A model generated the notes under the pieces. That model was not told the DNA's origin. It did not search any database and saw only the letters and a list, made by a program, of their open reading frames with translations. Of a stretch of 64,000 nucleotides of DNA, positions 52,301 to 60,602 are shown one piece after another (positions within the stretch are counted from its first letter, which is position 1; the number at the start of each line of letters is the position of its first letter). Position numbers and translations under genes: made by a program. This DNA comes from Hyalangium minutum (GTDB lineage: Bacteria > Myxococcota > Myxococcia > Myxococcales > Myxococcaceae), in assembly GCF_000737315.1 (NCBI RefSeq), contig NZ_JMCB01000014.1:186001-250000 (forward strand). The letters are read 5' to 3'.

Positions 52301-52483
52301 CTGGCGCTGCGCCAGGCCTCCTCGGTGGTGAGGGGCGCCCGGGCCAGCGGCTACCGGTTCTCCGGGGTCGCGCGGGGCGGCTTCTTCGATCCGTCCTTCT
52401 TCCAGGGGCTCTCGGGCATCGGCTACCAACTGCTGCGGCTCGCATTCCCGGGGCGGCTTCCCTCGGTGCTCGTGTGGGAGTGA
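49394..52483 (+). CDS. lanM: class II lanthipeptide synthetase LanM
   Basis: SDRH.GG, YKPR, D.(F)YEN, LIDTETL dehydratase motifs; DLYGG..GIALF, GLAHGAAG, WCHGAPG, LCCG cyclase motifs. Confidence 0.9.
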   Translation: MSQERLAEEEAVRRIAARASTLWDRLEGAFVPEEGPESAQLASERLAKWRAKAAGGDERLFQKRLEWLGTSPQKVRPLLGDVRLDGPIPAWTRTFQRAMALRRPAGPGGQAAPFPFGELMLPFVEAGKELLAPECRAVFTAEAFDHLLEDLVHELSYVAAPTLLAEFTSFRSRQGGGAEPTSRRLYEAFTAHQLGEGLWQLFSDASVLARLLSTVTEQWARHVSEIARAVKADQRELQRVFTSGAPLGRITSIQPSLSDRHQGGRTVARVTCGGGLQLFYKPRGLGVEDAWYGLLEELNARGGDFRRLRVLDRGDRSWVEPALHAPCANTLEARQFYVRAGMLLSLFYVLEASDCFYENIIAAGAFPVLIDTETLMHHVPHRSQDGAFHSVIHAGFLPSWDVGPRGECFDISGLGATAGQVTGYLRRQWRHVNTDAMALEHVPIQVETDEHLPKLNGVSLRAADYTGELIEGFSMMYRLLRKHREELARPESPLARLGTQDIRFIFHASRFYGLLLKRLCSPQHMKTGVERSIETDILSRFYVESPEKSHYVPLLAAELEALERLDIPCFKARADSHALTLPTGQVLPEAFEQSGSERVWRKLSALDEADLELQMRFIHGSLSMANPPQGAKTGARPRHAAASQETGPLTREELAAEASSIGATLQERALFAPVRMDLYGGLGGIALFYAALEHVSGQGRRMALAALSSLRRFVATEDARRAAQEGYPLGAATGVGSFLYVLCRSATLLGEPSLLEDATRAAGLIAPEVIEADSAFDVMSGVAGAILGLMTLHQATGAAGALEKALHCGEHLLKHQLPCEPAGASWRTRKGRPLTGLAHGAAGIALALLRLHAAVGDARLRQAAEQALAFEDAVFVPSEGNWPDFRQAHEGTPAFMSAWCHGAPGIGLARISGQALLDSPRVRRDIEAAVSSVRQQGLADKDGLCCGQTGRIELLLAAARVSGDRGLEELALRQASSVVRGARASGYRFSGVARGGFFDPSFFQGLSGIGYQLLRLAFPGRLPSVLVWE

Positions 52484-52494
52484 GGGGAGAGCGC

Positions 52495-53952
52495 ATGGAA
52501 CGGAACGATACGCCGGAGCAGCTCTCCTCCTTTCTGGAGCGCATGAGGGCCTCGGAGCCAGAAGGCGGTGAGGCCATCATCGATCAGGCCCGCGAGCTGC
52601 TGGAGCAGGCCTATGTCCACCTGCCCGACAACCAGGCCTCGGGAGTGGATCCCCTCGGCCTGTTGGCGGCGCTTCAACGCGAGCTGCCCCGGGATCGGGT
52701 CCAGCTGTACCGCGAGCTGCTCGCGATCTTCGCACGGCTCGGGGATCGCCACACTCACTGCAGCCTGCCCGAGCCTTTCACGAGCCAGGTCGCCTTCCTC
52801 CCCTTCTTGGTGGGGGAGTTCTTCGAGCGGGGCGAGCGGTATCTCGCGGTGCTCCACTCCGCCACCCGCGAGCTGGAGCGTGGGGATGTCCTCGTCTCGT
52901 GGAATGGCGCCGCCATGGCGGAGGTGCTGGGACGCCAGCAGGAGTGGCAGCACGGCTCCCATCTCGAGGCCCGGTACGCCAAGGCAGTGCAGACGCTGAC
53001 TTTCCGTCCCCTCGCGTTGATGCCACCGCCCGAGGAGGAAACAGTCGCCTTGGAGTGCGTGTCTGCCATGGGAGCGAGGCGGACGGTGCGGATGAACTGG
53101 CGCGTGGCAGATGCCGCGTGGCTCGCGCAGCGCTTCCACTCTTTCCTGGATGGAGTCTCCGCGGCGGAGCCTGGACAGGAGCATGGCTTCTCCGCGCGCC
53201 GGGTGGAGACCTCTCACGGAACGTTTGGCTATATCCGGGTGAACTCGTTCCAGGAGCGCCCCGAGCCCTTTCTGGGACGGTTCTCGCGAGTGCTGAAGGA
53301 CATGCCCCGCAGCGGGCTGATCCTGGACATGCGGAGTTGTGAGGACGGCATCGTGCAGCTCGGGGAGCGGCTGCTCCAGCTCTTCACCCCACGGAGGATA
53401 CAACCCGAGCCCTTCCAGTTCCGGGTCACGGAGTTGACCCTGCAGCTCGTCCGCTCGGTGCCAGCGCTTGCCGGCTGGCGAGAGGCCGTCGAGCGTGCGG
53501 CGGCCCAGGGGCGGATCTACTCGGAAGCGCTGCCACTGACGACCGAGAGTGAGGCGAACGGGAGCCGCCAGAAGTACGCCGGTGCCGTCGTGCTCCTCAC
53601 GAGCGCGTTGACCTACAGCACCGCCGAGATGTTCGCCGCGGGGTTTCAGGACCACGAGATCGGCCGGGTGGTAGGGACAGCCCCGCGCACAGGGGGTGGA
53701 GGCGCCTCGCCCTGGCCGCAGAGCACCCTGTTCAAGCTCTCTGGGAGAGCCGCCTTCCGTCCCCTGCCCCGTGGCCCTTTCTTTCGCGTCGCCGTCCGAA
53801 GGTGTCGGCGCGTGCATGCGAGGGCGGGCGCTCTCCTCGAGCGTGAGGGCGTGGCCCCCGACGTGCTCCACCCGCCGACGCGGGCGGATCTCTTCCACCA
53901 TGACAGGGACCTCCTGGAAGTGGCCGGAAGAGTGCTGACAGGGATGCAGTAG
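52495..53952 (+). CDS. S41-family peptidase
   Basis: GYIRV.SF, GLILDMR, YSTAEMFA, G..T.GGGA; PDZ-like middle region; ATG 52495 behind GGGGAG. Confidence 0.8.
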   Translation: MERNDTPEQLSSFLERMRASEPEGGEAIIDQARELLEQAYVHLPDNQASGVDPLGLLAALQRELPRDRVQLYRELLAIFARLGDRHTHCSLPEPFTSQVAFLPFLVGEFFERGERYLAVLHSATRELERGDVLVSWNGAAMAEVLGRQQEWQHGSHLEARYAKAVQTLTFRPLALMPPPEEETVALECVSAMGARRTVRMNWRVADAAWLAQRFHSFLDGVSAAEPGQEHGFSARRVETSHGTFGYIRVNSFQERPEPFLGRFSRVLKDMPRSGLILDMRSCEDGIVQLGERLLQLFTPRRIQPEPFQFRVTELTLQLVRSVPALAGWREAVERAAAQGRIYSEALPLTTESEANGSRQKYAGAVVLLTSALTYSTAEMFAAGFQDHEIGRVVGTAPRTGGGGASPWPQSTLFKLSGRAAFRPLPRGPFFRVAVRRCRRVHARAGALLEREGVAPDVLHPPTRADLFHHDRDLLEVAGRVLTGMQ

Positions 53953-53973
53953 CCGGAACAACGAAGGAAGGAG

Positions 53974-54912
53974 ATGACGATGTCCTCAGCCGACCTGACA
54001 ACCAGCCCCCATGAGGGCTCGGCCCACATCGAATTCCTCCGGCGCTTGCATGAGCGGCAACAGCTCGTGACACGAGCGCTGGACGAGCACTTCCCTGCCG
54101 GAGCCGGACCCTTGATGGATGCGATCCGCGGGGCCTTGCTGGCCGATGGCAAGCGGCTGAGGCCCATTCTCTGCCTGGAGGCCTGCCAGTGGTCTGGTGG
54201 GAGCCCCCAGGCCGCGCTGCCCGCAGCCTGCGCCATCGAGATGATCCACAAGATGACGCTGGTGCACGATGACCTGCCGGCCATGGATGATGCGCAGACG
54301 CGCAACGGCCGGCCGGCGCTGCACAGGGTGCATGGCGAGGCGCTGGCCATCCTCGCCGGAGATGCACTGCTGGTGCATGCGTTCGGGCTGCTGGCGTCCA
54401 CTCGCGAGGTGCCCGCCGAACGGGTGACGGGCGCCATCACGCGCCTGTGCCAGGCGCTGGGCACCGCCGGGCTGGCCGGGGGGCAAGCCCTGGACGTGCT
54501 CTCTCAAGCCGGAGATGTGACGCCCGAGAAGCTCGATCATGTTCACACCTGGAAGACCGCGAGCCTCTTTGAGGCGGCCATCGTCATCGGCGCGGAGATG
54601 GGAGGGGCAAACGCCTCCCAGGTCGAGGCGCTCGCCCGCTATGGGATGCTGCTGGGCAGGGCGTTCCAGATCTCCGATGACCTTCAGGATGCCCAGGACA
54701 CCCAGGCGGTGACGCCGCACGAGGTGACGAACTACGTCCAGCTCCACGGGGTGGAGGGGGCCCGGCGCAAGCTGCGCGAGCTGCTGAGCCAGGCGGTCTC
54801 CGCGATCCGCTCGGTCCAGGGCGGAGACAGCCAGCTGCTGGCGGGAATCACGGAGCTGGTCTGGGAGCACTCCTGGAGCACGGGTGAGGGACACCATGGC
54901 CATCACGCCTGA
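53974..54912 (+). CDS. crtE: trans-isoprenyl diphosphate synthase, GGPP-synthase-like
   Basis: GKRLRP, HKMTLVHDDLPAMDD...RNGRP (FARM), AGGQALD, KTASLF, FQISDDLQD (SARM). Confidence 0.88.
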   Translation: MTMSSADLTTSPHEGSAHIEFLRRLHERQQLVTRALDEHFPAGAGPLMDAIRGALLADGKRLRPILCLEACQWSGGSPQAALPAACAIEMIHKMTLVHDDLPAMDDAQTRNGRPALHRVHGEALAILAGDALLVHAFGLLASTREVPAERVTGAITRLCQALGTAGLAGGQALDVLSQAGDVTPEKLDHVHTWKTASLFEAAIVIGAEMGGANASQVEALARYGMLLGRAFQISDDLQDAQDTQAVTPHEVTNYVQLHGVEGARRKLRELLSQAVSAIRSVQGGDSQLLAGITELVWEHSWSTGEGHHGHHA

Positions 54913-56896
54913 AGCGGCTCCGCCTCGGTACGACGTCTGTCTGTTGTCGATGCCATTCCCCGTGCTGAACCAGCCCTCCATGGCGCTGGGGCTGCTGAAG
55001 CCCGCCCTGACGCAAGCCGGGCTGCCGGCAAAGACGCTCTACCCCTGCCTGTGGTTCGCCGAGGAGGTGGGGCTTGATGTCTATGTCGCCATCTGTGACT
55101 CCAAGCAGGAGTTCCTCGTGGGGGAATGGATCTTCGCCGAGGCTGCCTTCCCCGGCTTCCATCCTGACCGGGACAGCTACCTGGAGCGCGTGTTGTCCGC
55201 GCCCGTATCCCGGGGGCTGCTGAGGAAGAGCCGCTTCGAGGGCGATCCGCGCGCGGCCCTGCTCGCCGCTCGCCAGGCGGCCCAGGGCTTCATCGAGAAG
55301 GTGGCCACTCGCGTCCTGGAGCTGCGGCCTCGCATCGTCGGATGCACCTCTACATTCACCCAGCACTGTGCCTCGCTGGCCGTGCTCCGGAAGATCCGCG
55401 AGCTGGCACCAGAGGTTGTCACCGTCATGGGTGGGGCCAACTGCGAGGGGGAGATGGGCGTGAGCGCGCGGCGCCACTTCCCCTGGGTGGACTTCGTGGT
55501 CTCCGGGGAGGGAGAGCTGCTGTTTCCCAAGCTCTGCCAGAGCATCCTGGAGCATGGGCGGCAGATCCCGACGCAGCACCTGCCCCAGGGTGTCATCGGA
55601 GAGGCGCAGCTGCGCCAGCCAGCAGGAGCCCCGGCGCCCAGGGCCTCGGTGTCACGCATGGACACCACGCCCGTGCCGGACTTCGATGACTACTTCGCGG
55701 AGCTCCACTCCTCGCCATTGAGGTCCTTCATCTCTCCAGGGCTCGCCATGGAGACCTCGCGGGGGTGCTGGTGGGGCAAGAAGCACCACTGCACGTTCTG
55801 TGGGCTGAACGGCGGGAACATGGACTTCCGCTCCAAGAGCGCCGGCCGCGTCATCTCGGAGCTGGCCGAGCTGTCCACGCGGTATGGCATCCGCAAGTTC
55901 AACATCGTCGACAACATCATGGACCTTGCCTACATCCAGGAACTGGCTCCACGCATCACCTCGGACACGCCCTACACGCTCTTCTTCGAGACGAAGGTCA
56001 ACCTGAAGCGCGCCCAACTGGAGCGGCTCGCCGCGGCGGGGATCCGGCGCCTCCAGCCCGGCATCGAGAGCATGCACGACGAGATCCTCCAGTTGGTGGA
56101 CAAGGGGACCACGGCGCTGCAAAACATCCAGCTTCTCAAGTGGGCGCGTGAGCTTGGCATCTTCATCACCTGGAACTTCCTGTGGGATGTGCCCGGGGAG
56201 CAGGATGCGTGGTACGCCGAGATGGCCGAGTGGCTGCCCTGGGTGAGTCATCTCCAGCCGCCCGGAGTGGATCGCATCCAGTTCCACCGCTTCAGCCCCT
56301 ACCACCAGCGGCCGGCCAGCTTCGGGCTCACGCTCGAGCCCTACCCTCTCTATGCGCACGTCTATCCGCTCACCCAGGAGGAGCTCGGGGGGCTCGCCTA
56401 CTATTTCCACGATCCGCGCCGGCGCTCCGCGAAGGAGGAGCTGGAGCGGCGGCCCCACCTGAGGCAGACGATGCGGGTGGTCGCGCAGTGGAACAAGCTG
56501 TGGAACCGCGGCGGGTTCGAGGGGACCTGGGAAACGCCCGTGCTGCGGATGTTCCACGAGGCAGAGCGCCTGCGCCTCGTGGACACGCGGCCCTGCGCCA
56601 CCGCAAGCGAGCATGTCCTGACGGGGCTGGCGGCGCAGGTCTACCTGCAGTGTGACGCGATCCAGACCCTGAAGAGCTTGCTCGAGGGCCTGGCGCAGAG
56701 CGGAGTCGAAGGAGCCTCGCCCGGGGACGTGCAGGCCATCCTGGACGACCTGGTGAAGTGCAAGCTGCTGCTACGGCAGAGGGAGCGGTTCGTCGCCCTG
56801 GCCCTGCACGAGGTGTCCCGGATTCCTGACTCGGACGAGGACTTCCCCGGCGGCTACACGGATGTGGACGCCTGGCATCAGGCCTCGGCTGTATAG
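54896..56896 (+). CDS. B12-binding RiPP maturation radical SAM protein (putative C-methyltransferase)
   Basis: SMPF, GGANC, ETSRGCWWGKKHHCTFCGLN (Cx7Cx2C), QPGIES, RFSPY; C-terminal wHTH/RRE-like region; ATG 54896. Confidence 0.88.
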   Translation: MAITPEAAPPRYDVCLLSMPFPVLNQPSMALGLLKPALTQAGLPAKTLYPCLWFAEEVGLDVYVAICDSKQEFLVGEWIFAEAAFPGFHPDRDSYLERVLSAPVSRGLLRKSRFEGDPRAALLAARQAAQGFIEKVATRVLELRPRIVGCTSTFTQHCASLAVLRKIRELAPEVVTVMGGANCEGEMGVSARRHFPWVDFVVSGEGELLFPKLCQSILEHGRQIPTQHLPQGVIGEAQLRQPAGAPAPRASVSRMDTTPVPDFDDYFAELHSSPLRSFISPGLAMETSRGCWWGKKHHCTFCGLNGGNMDFRSKSAGRVISELAELSTRYGIRKFNIVDNIMDLAYIQELAPRITSDTPYTLFFETKVNLKRAQLERLAAAGIRRLQPGIESMHDEILQLVDKGTTALQNIQLLKWARELGIFITWNFLWDVPGEQDAWYAEMAEWLPWVSHLQPPGVDRIQFHRFSPYHQRPASFGLTLEPYPLYAHVYPLTQEELGGLAYYFHDPRRRSAKEELERRPHLRQTMRVVAQWNKLWNRGGFEGTWETPVLRMFHEAERLRLVDTRPCATASEHVLTGLAAQVYLQCDAIQTLKSLLEGLAQSGVEGASPGDVQAILDDLVKCKLLLRQRERFVALALHEVSRIPDSDEDFPGGYTDVDAWHQASAV

Positions 56897-56911
56897 GCAG
56901 CGGAGCGCGGC

Positions 56912-58489
56912 ATGACCTTCTCGAAGAAGGACCCGATCGACGCCCTCTTCCGCGCCTGGGATCGCCCAGACAGCCCAGGGTGTGCGCTGGGCATCTACGA
57001 AGATGGCGAGCCTCTCTACATGAGGGGTTATGGCTGCGCGCAGCTGGAGCATGGAGTCCCCATCACCCCCACCACGGTGTTCCACGTCGCGTCCCTCTCC
57101 AAGCAGTTCACGGCCATGGCGGTGGGGCTGCTGGCCCAGTCTGGGCGGCTCTCTCTGGACGAGGACATCCGGCGCTACATCCCCGAGCTCCCCGAGGGAC
57201 CTCTCCTCACGCTCCGGCACTTCCTGCACCACCTCAGTGGCCTGCGCGATCAGTGGGACTTGTTACGCCTGGCGGGCTGGCGTCCGGCCGATCTCAGGAC
57301 GACAGGGGACATCCTGAGGCTCGTCACACGGCAGAAGGCGCAGAACTTCGCTCCCGGCACACGGTTTCAGTACATCAACACCGGCTACACGCTGCTGGGC
57401 ATCGCGATCGAACGGGTCACGGGGGTCTCCTTGCGGGAGTACACCGAGGAGCACCTCTTCAAGCCCTTGGGCATGCTGCACACGGCGTTTCAGGATGATC
57501 ATCAGCGGATCCTTCCAGGGCGTGCGCAGGCCTACTCGATGAGGCCGCGGGGCGGCTGGAAGATCAACGTCCCACCCTATGAGACGGTGGGTCCCACGGG
57601 GCTGTTCTCGACGGTCGAGGACTTCCTGCTCTGGGAGCGCAACTTCCTGCGGCCCATCGTGGGGGACGCGGCCTTCATCCAGTTGGCGATGGCGCCCGGC
57701 GCGTTCAACGATGGACGTCCGGTCAGCTATGGCTTTGGCCTCATGCTCGGGGAGTACCGGGGCCTGCCCATCGCGGAGCATTCGGGTGGAGATGCGGGCT
57801 ACCGCGCGCACTACCTGCGGTTTCCCGAGCAACGGCTCGCGGTAGCGGTGTTCGCCAATGCCTTGGAGATCCACCCCACTGTGTTGGCACGGCAAGTGGC
57901 CGACGTTCTCCTGGAAGGGCGCTTCCAGTCCGCGCCGGAGGCGGCCGCGGACAACGGGCCCTCCGGGCATGAGCTGAGCTCGAGGGTGGGCCTGTATCGT
58001 GACCAGTGGAGCGGGATCACCTCCAAGGTGGAGCTCTGGGAGGGGAGGCTCTTCCTGGTTCCGAGCACGGGCGGAGTGTACGAGTTGCTCCCAGCAGGGC
58101 CGGAGCGGTTCCGTTTCCTCAACGTGGATGCGGAGTGCCAGTTCACGTCCGCTGGGCAGATGCTGGTGAAGTACGGTGCTCAACCGACTGGACTCTGTGA
58201 GCGCGTCGCGCTGGAAGCCTGCGGGACGAAAGCCCTGGTGGGCGACTATGCCGGGACCTATCAGAGTGACGAGCTGGGAGTGCGGTGGGTCCTGGACGTC
58301 TCGGGAGAGGCGCTCGTGTTGAAACGGGAGCGGTTCCCGGATGCCCGCATCGAGTTCACCGCGGATGACGAGGGGACGACAGCCCTCGGGGATTTCCACC
58401 TCCGGTTCACTCGAGACGGCGGAGGCCGGGTCAACGGCCTCTCTCTCTGCGCCGAGCGGGTCTGGAACGTCTCCTTCGCTCGCCTTTAG
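56912..58489 (+). CDS. serine hydrolase, beta-lactamase/D-aminopeptidase-like, with C-terminal beta domains
   Basis: ASLSKQF (SxxK), YINTGY (YxN), HSGG; no signal peptide. Confidence 0.88.
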   Translation: MTFSKKDPIDALFRAWDRPDSPGCALGIYEDGEPLYMRGYGCAQLEHGVPITPTTVFHVASLSKQFTAMAVGLLAQSGRLSLDEDIRRYIPELPEGPLLTLRHFLHHLSGLRDQWDLLRLAGWRPADLRTTGDILRLVTRQKAQNFAPGTRFQYINTGYTLLGIAIERVTGVSLREYTEEHLFKPLGMLHTAFQDDHQRILPGRAQAYSMRPRGGWKINVPPYETVGPTGLFSTVEDFLLWERNFLRPIVGDAAFIQLAMAPGAFNDGRPVSYGFGLMLGEYRGLPIAEHSGGDAGYRAHYLRFPEQRLAVAVFANALEIHPTVLARQVADVLLEGRFQSAPEAAADNGPSGHELSSRVGLYRDQWSGITSKVELWEGRLFLVPSTGGVYELLPAGPERFRFLNVDAECQFTSAGQMLVKYGAQPTGLCERVALEACGTKALVGDYAGTYQSDELGVRWVLDVSGEALVLKRERFPDARIEFTADDEGTTALGDFHLRFTRDGGGRVNGLSLCAERVWNVSFARL

Positions 58490-59337
58490 GCGCTGCCGCC
58501 GCGGACCAGGTCCAGGAGCAACTGGCGAGCGATCCACGGCTCCGCAGCAGCATGAGAGACGTAATAGGGAAGGTGCGCGTGACCGAACGGCACGTAGACG
58601 CGGATCGGCACACCGAACTGGCGCGCCACCTCCAGACTTCTCCGAAGTGGATACCCGAGCAACTGCTCCAACTCGCACCGGGTTCCCGCCTCGGTGAGCC
58701 GGCGGAGCGACTCGCATGCCAGCGAGACGTTGTGGGTGGCGACCGCCACGAGCCGCGCACGGCCCGCGAGGCGCTCGATGAGCGCGAGGAACCCTTCGCG
58801 CCCGTCCTGGCCCAGCCCCGGCCCCTCCTCCCACTGTCCTTGCACGACACGGACGCGCAGCCCGCGCTCGATCGCCCAGTCCACGTCGCGCAGGCTCCGG
58901 CGCCAGCGGCCCGGCAGCGCGCACCCCAGCTCCGGATGCAGAGGCAGGACCTGGTCGATGGCGCGATGGATGGGCTCGGCCGCCTCAGGCCCCATGGCAT
59001 CGAACACCACCGGCAATCCCCGCTCCCGGGCGCGCGCTACCACCTCGCGGACCCGCTCCGGAGAGAAGGCGAGCGCTGTAGCCTTGATGGAGAGGTAGCC
59101 ATCCCCCCCCGTGTCCGCCAGCCCGTCGATCGCCTCCTGGTAGGCCCGCGAGACCTCCTCCGGGGTGTCCTCCTGATGATTCCAATAGCAGAGGGTGCTG
59201 CCCTGTCCGCGGGCGGCCACCTGATGGACGGTGCGCAGCGCATCCTCTAATCGCACCCCGGCCACGTAGTTGCGTGCCGCCCTCTGCTCCAGCCGCCGCC
59301 AGCAGCCTGACACCAGCTCGCGATAGAGCTGCCTCAT
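58486..59337 (-). CDS. proline dehydrogenase-like flavoprotein
   Basis: LSIKAT, FDAM, VATH, EQLLG, VYVPFG; ATG 59337 overlaps the GNAT stop. Confidence 0.75.
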   Translation of the reverse strand: MRQLYRELVSGCWRRLEQRAARNYVAGVRLEDALRTVHQVAARGQGSTLCYWNHQEDTPEEVSRAYQEAIDGLADTGGDGYLSIKATALAFSPERVREVVARARERGLPVVFDAMGPEAAEPIHRAIDQVLPLHPELGCALPGRWRRSLRDVDWAIERGLRVRVVQGQWEEGPGLGQDGREGFLALIERLAGRARLVAVATHNVSLACESLRRLTEAGTRCELEQLLGYPLRRSLEVARQFGVPIRVYVPFGHAHLPYYVSHAAAEPWIARQLLLDLVRGGSA

Positions 59338-60431
59338 TCGTCCGCTCCCACCAGCCTCTTCAGTCGCCGCCCCGCGACGGACACCGCATCGCGTCCCAGC
59401 GCCATCACTCCACTCGCTCCGGCCGGGTAGATCCGGATGGCGCAGGTGGGGTGCTCGTGCTGGGTCCACAGCTGCGTCCAGTGCTCTTTCCCCCCCAGGA
59501 ACTCGAAGGTCCGAAGCCCGCGCAGGGCGGCATGCCGTATCACCTGGACCAGGAGCAGCACTCCGGGCGAGCAGGAGGCGAACGCCTCGTCGTAGCCGAT
59601 CTTGAGGAGCCAGAAGCTGCCGCCGGTCTCCACCGCGAACTCCATCGCCGCGAGCCGCTCACCGATCCAGAGGAAGCACAGGCGGAGTTCCCCACGCTCC
59701 GCCGTGGCGGAAGCGTACTTCTGGAAGAAGGAGAGGCGGCTCGGATCGCGGAGGAGCGCGGTGCCCTCCCGTCCCTTCCAGCTCCGCGCCTCCACCTCCA
59801 GGGCCGCATGGAGGAGCGGCTCGAGTTCGGCCGGCGTGGGTGACAGCACCTCGCAGCGCACCGGTCCAAGCTTCTCGGCGCGGCGGAGCATTCTCCGAAG
59901 GTCGGACCGTCTGCCCGCGTTGAGCTTCGACTCCGGCTCGGCCCACCCCTCGTCGAGTGGAATGAAGGGGCAGCTGAGCAACCCCGGGGTGACCATGAGG
60001 CCGCGGAGCTGGAACGCCCGCTGGAGAGCGCCGCTCAGCGGAGAGTCCGTCAGCACGCGGCCAAGTTGCAGCGGCGCGTCCAGCCGGACCAGCGCCCGTG
60101 CCAGCACATCCAGGGCCTCGGGCTCGGAGTAGAGGAAGTCGGTGGGCTCGGAGAGCTCGTTAACACCGATCAACTCCAGCCGTGTCCTGCCGCGCCGGAT
60201 CAGCGGTGCCAGCGCCAGTGGCCGCTCCAGCTCGCCCAGGACCACCAGACTGAGCGAGTGGCCGAGGTGGAAGCTCTCCACACAGGCCCGCGCCCACGCG
60301 AAGCTCTGCATCGGGCTCGCGAAGGGCCCGCGCAGCCGCTCCCAGCCCTGCTCCAGCGGGGACAGCGCCTGGACGTCTTCGACGAGCATCACCGGGATTC
60401 CCGCTTCCATCCCTAGCAACTCCGTGTCCAT
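59334..60431 (-). CDS. CelD/BcsL-like GNAT N-acyltransferase
   Basis: PLALAPL, KIGYDEAFASCSPGVLL, FEFLGG.E.W. Confidence 0.85.
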   Translation of the reverse strand: MDTELLGMEAGIPVMLVEDVQALSPLEQGWERLRGPFASPMQSFAWARACVESFHLGHSLSLVVLGELERPLALAPLIRRGRTRLELIGVNELSEPTDFLYSEPEALDVLARALVRLDAPLQLGRVLTDSPLSGALQRAFQLRGLMVTPGLLSCPFIPLDEGWAEPESKLNAGRRSDLRRMLRRAEKLGPVRCEVLSPTPAELEPLLHAALEVEARSWKGREGTALLRDPSRLSFFQKYASATAERGELRLCFLWIGERLAAMEFAVETGGSFWLLKIGYDEAFASCSPGVLLLVQVIRHAALRGLRTFEFLGGKEHWTQLWTQHEHPTCAIRIYPAGASGVMALGRDAVSVAGRRLKRLVGADE

Positions 60432-60602
60432 CTCGCCCCGCCCTTCTCTCGGTCAAGTGCCGCCTGTGCCGACACACCCCGGCGGACTGTCCGCCAGCAT
60501 CACTCGCAGAAGATGGATTGCTTCCGCTGGAGATCAGCATGTCCGAGAGTCTCCCCCTGACGTTCAATCCGCTCCGGCAGTTGAAGGAGGAGGAGGCGCA
60601 AA

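Noticed and set aside
60453-60500. 15-codon minus-strand ORF (MLADSPPGCVGTGGT) and a GGCGGAC-T-GTCCGCC palindrome upstream of the GNAT
   Set aside because: No RBS or leader features; too short to support as a precursor, and the palindrome alone is uninformative in GC-rich DNA.
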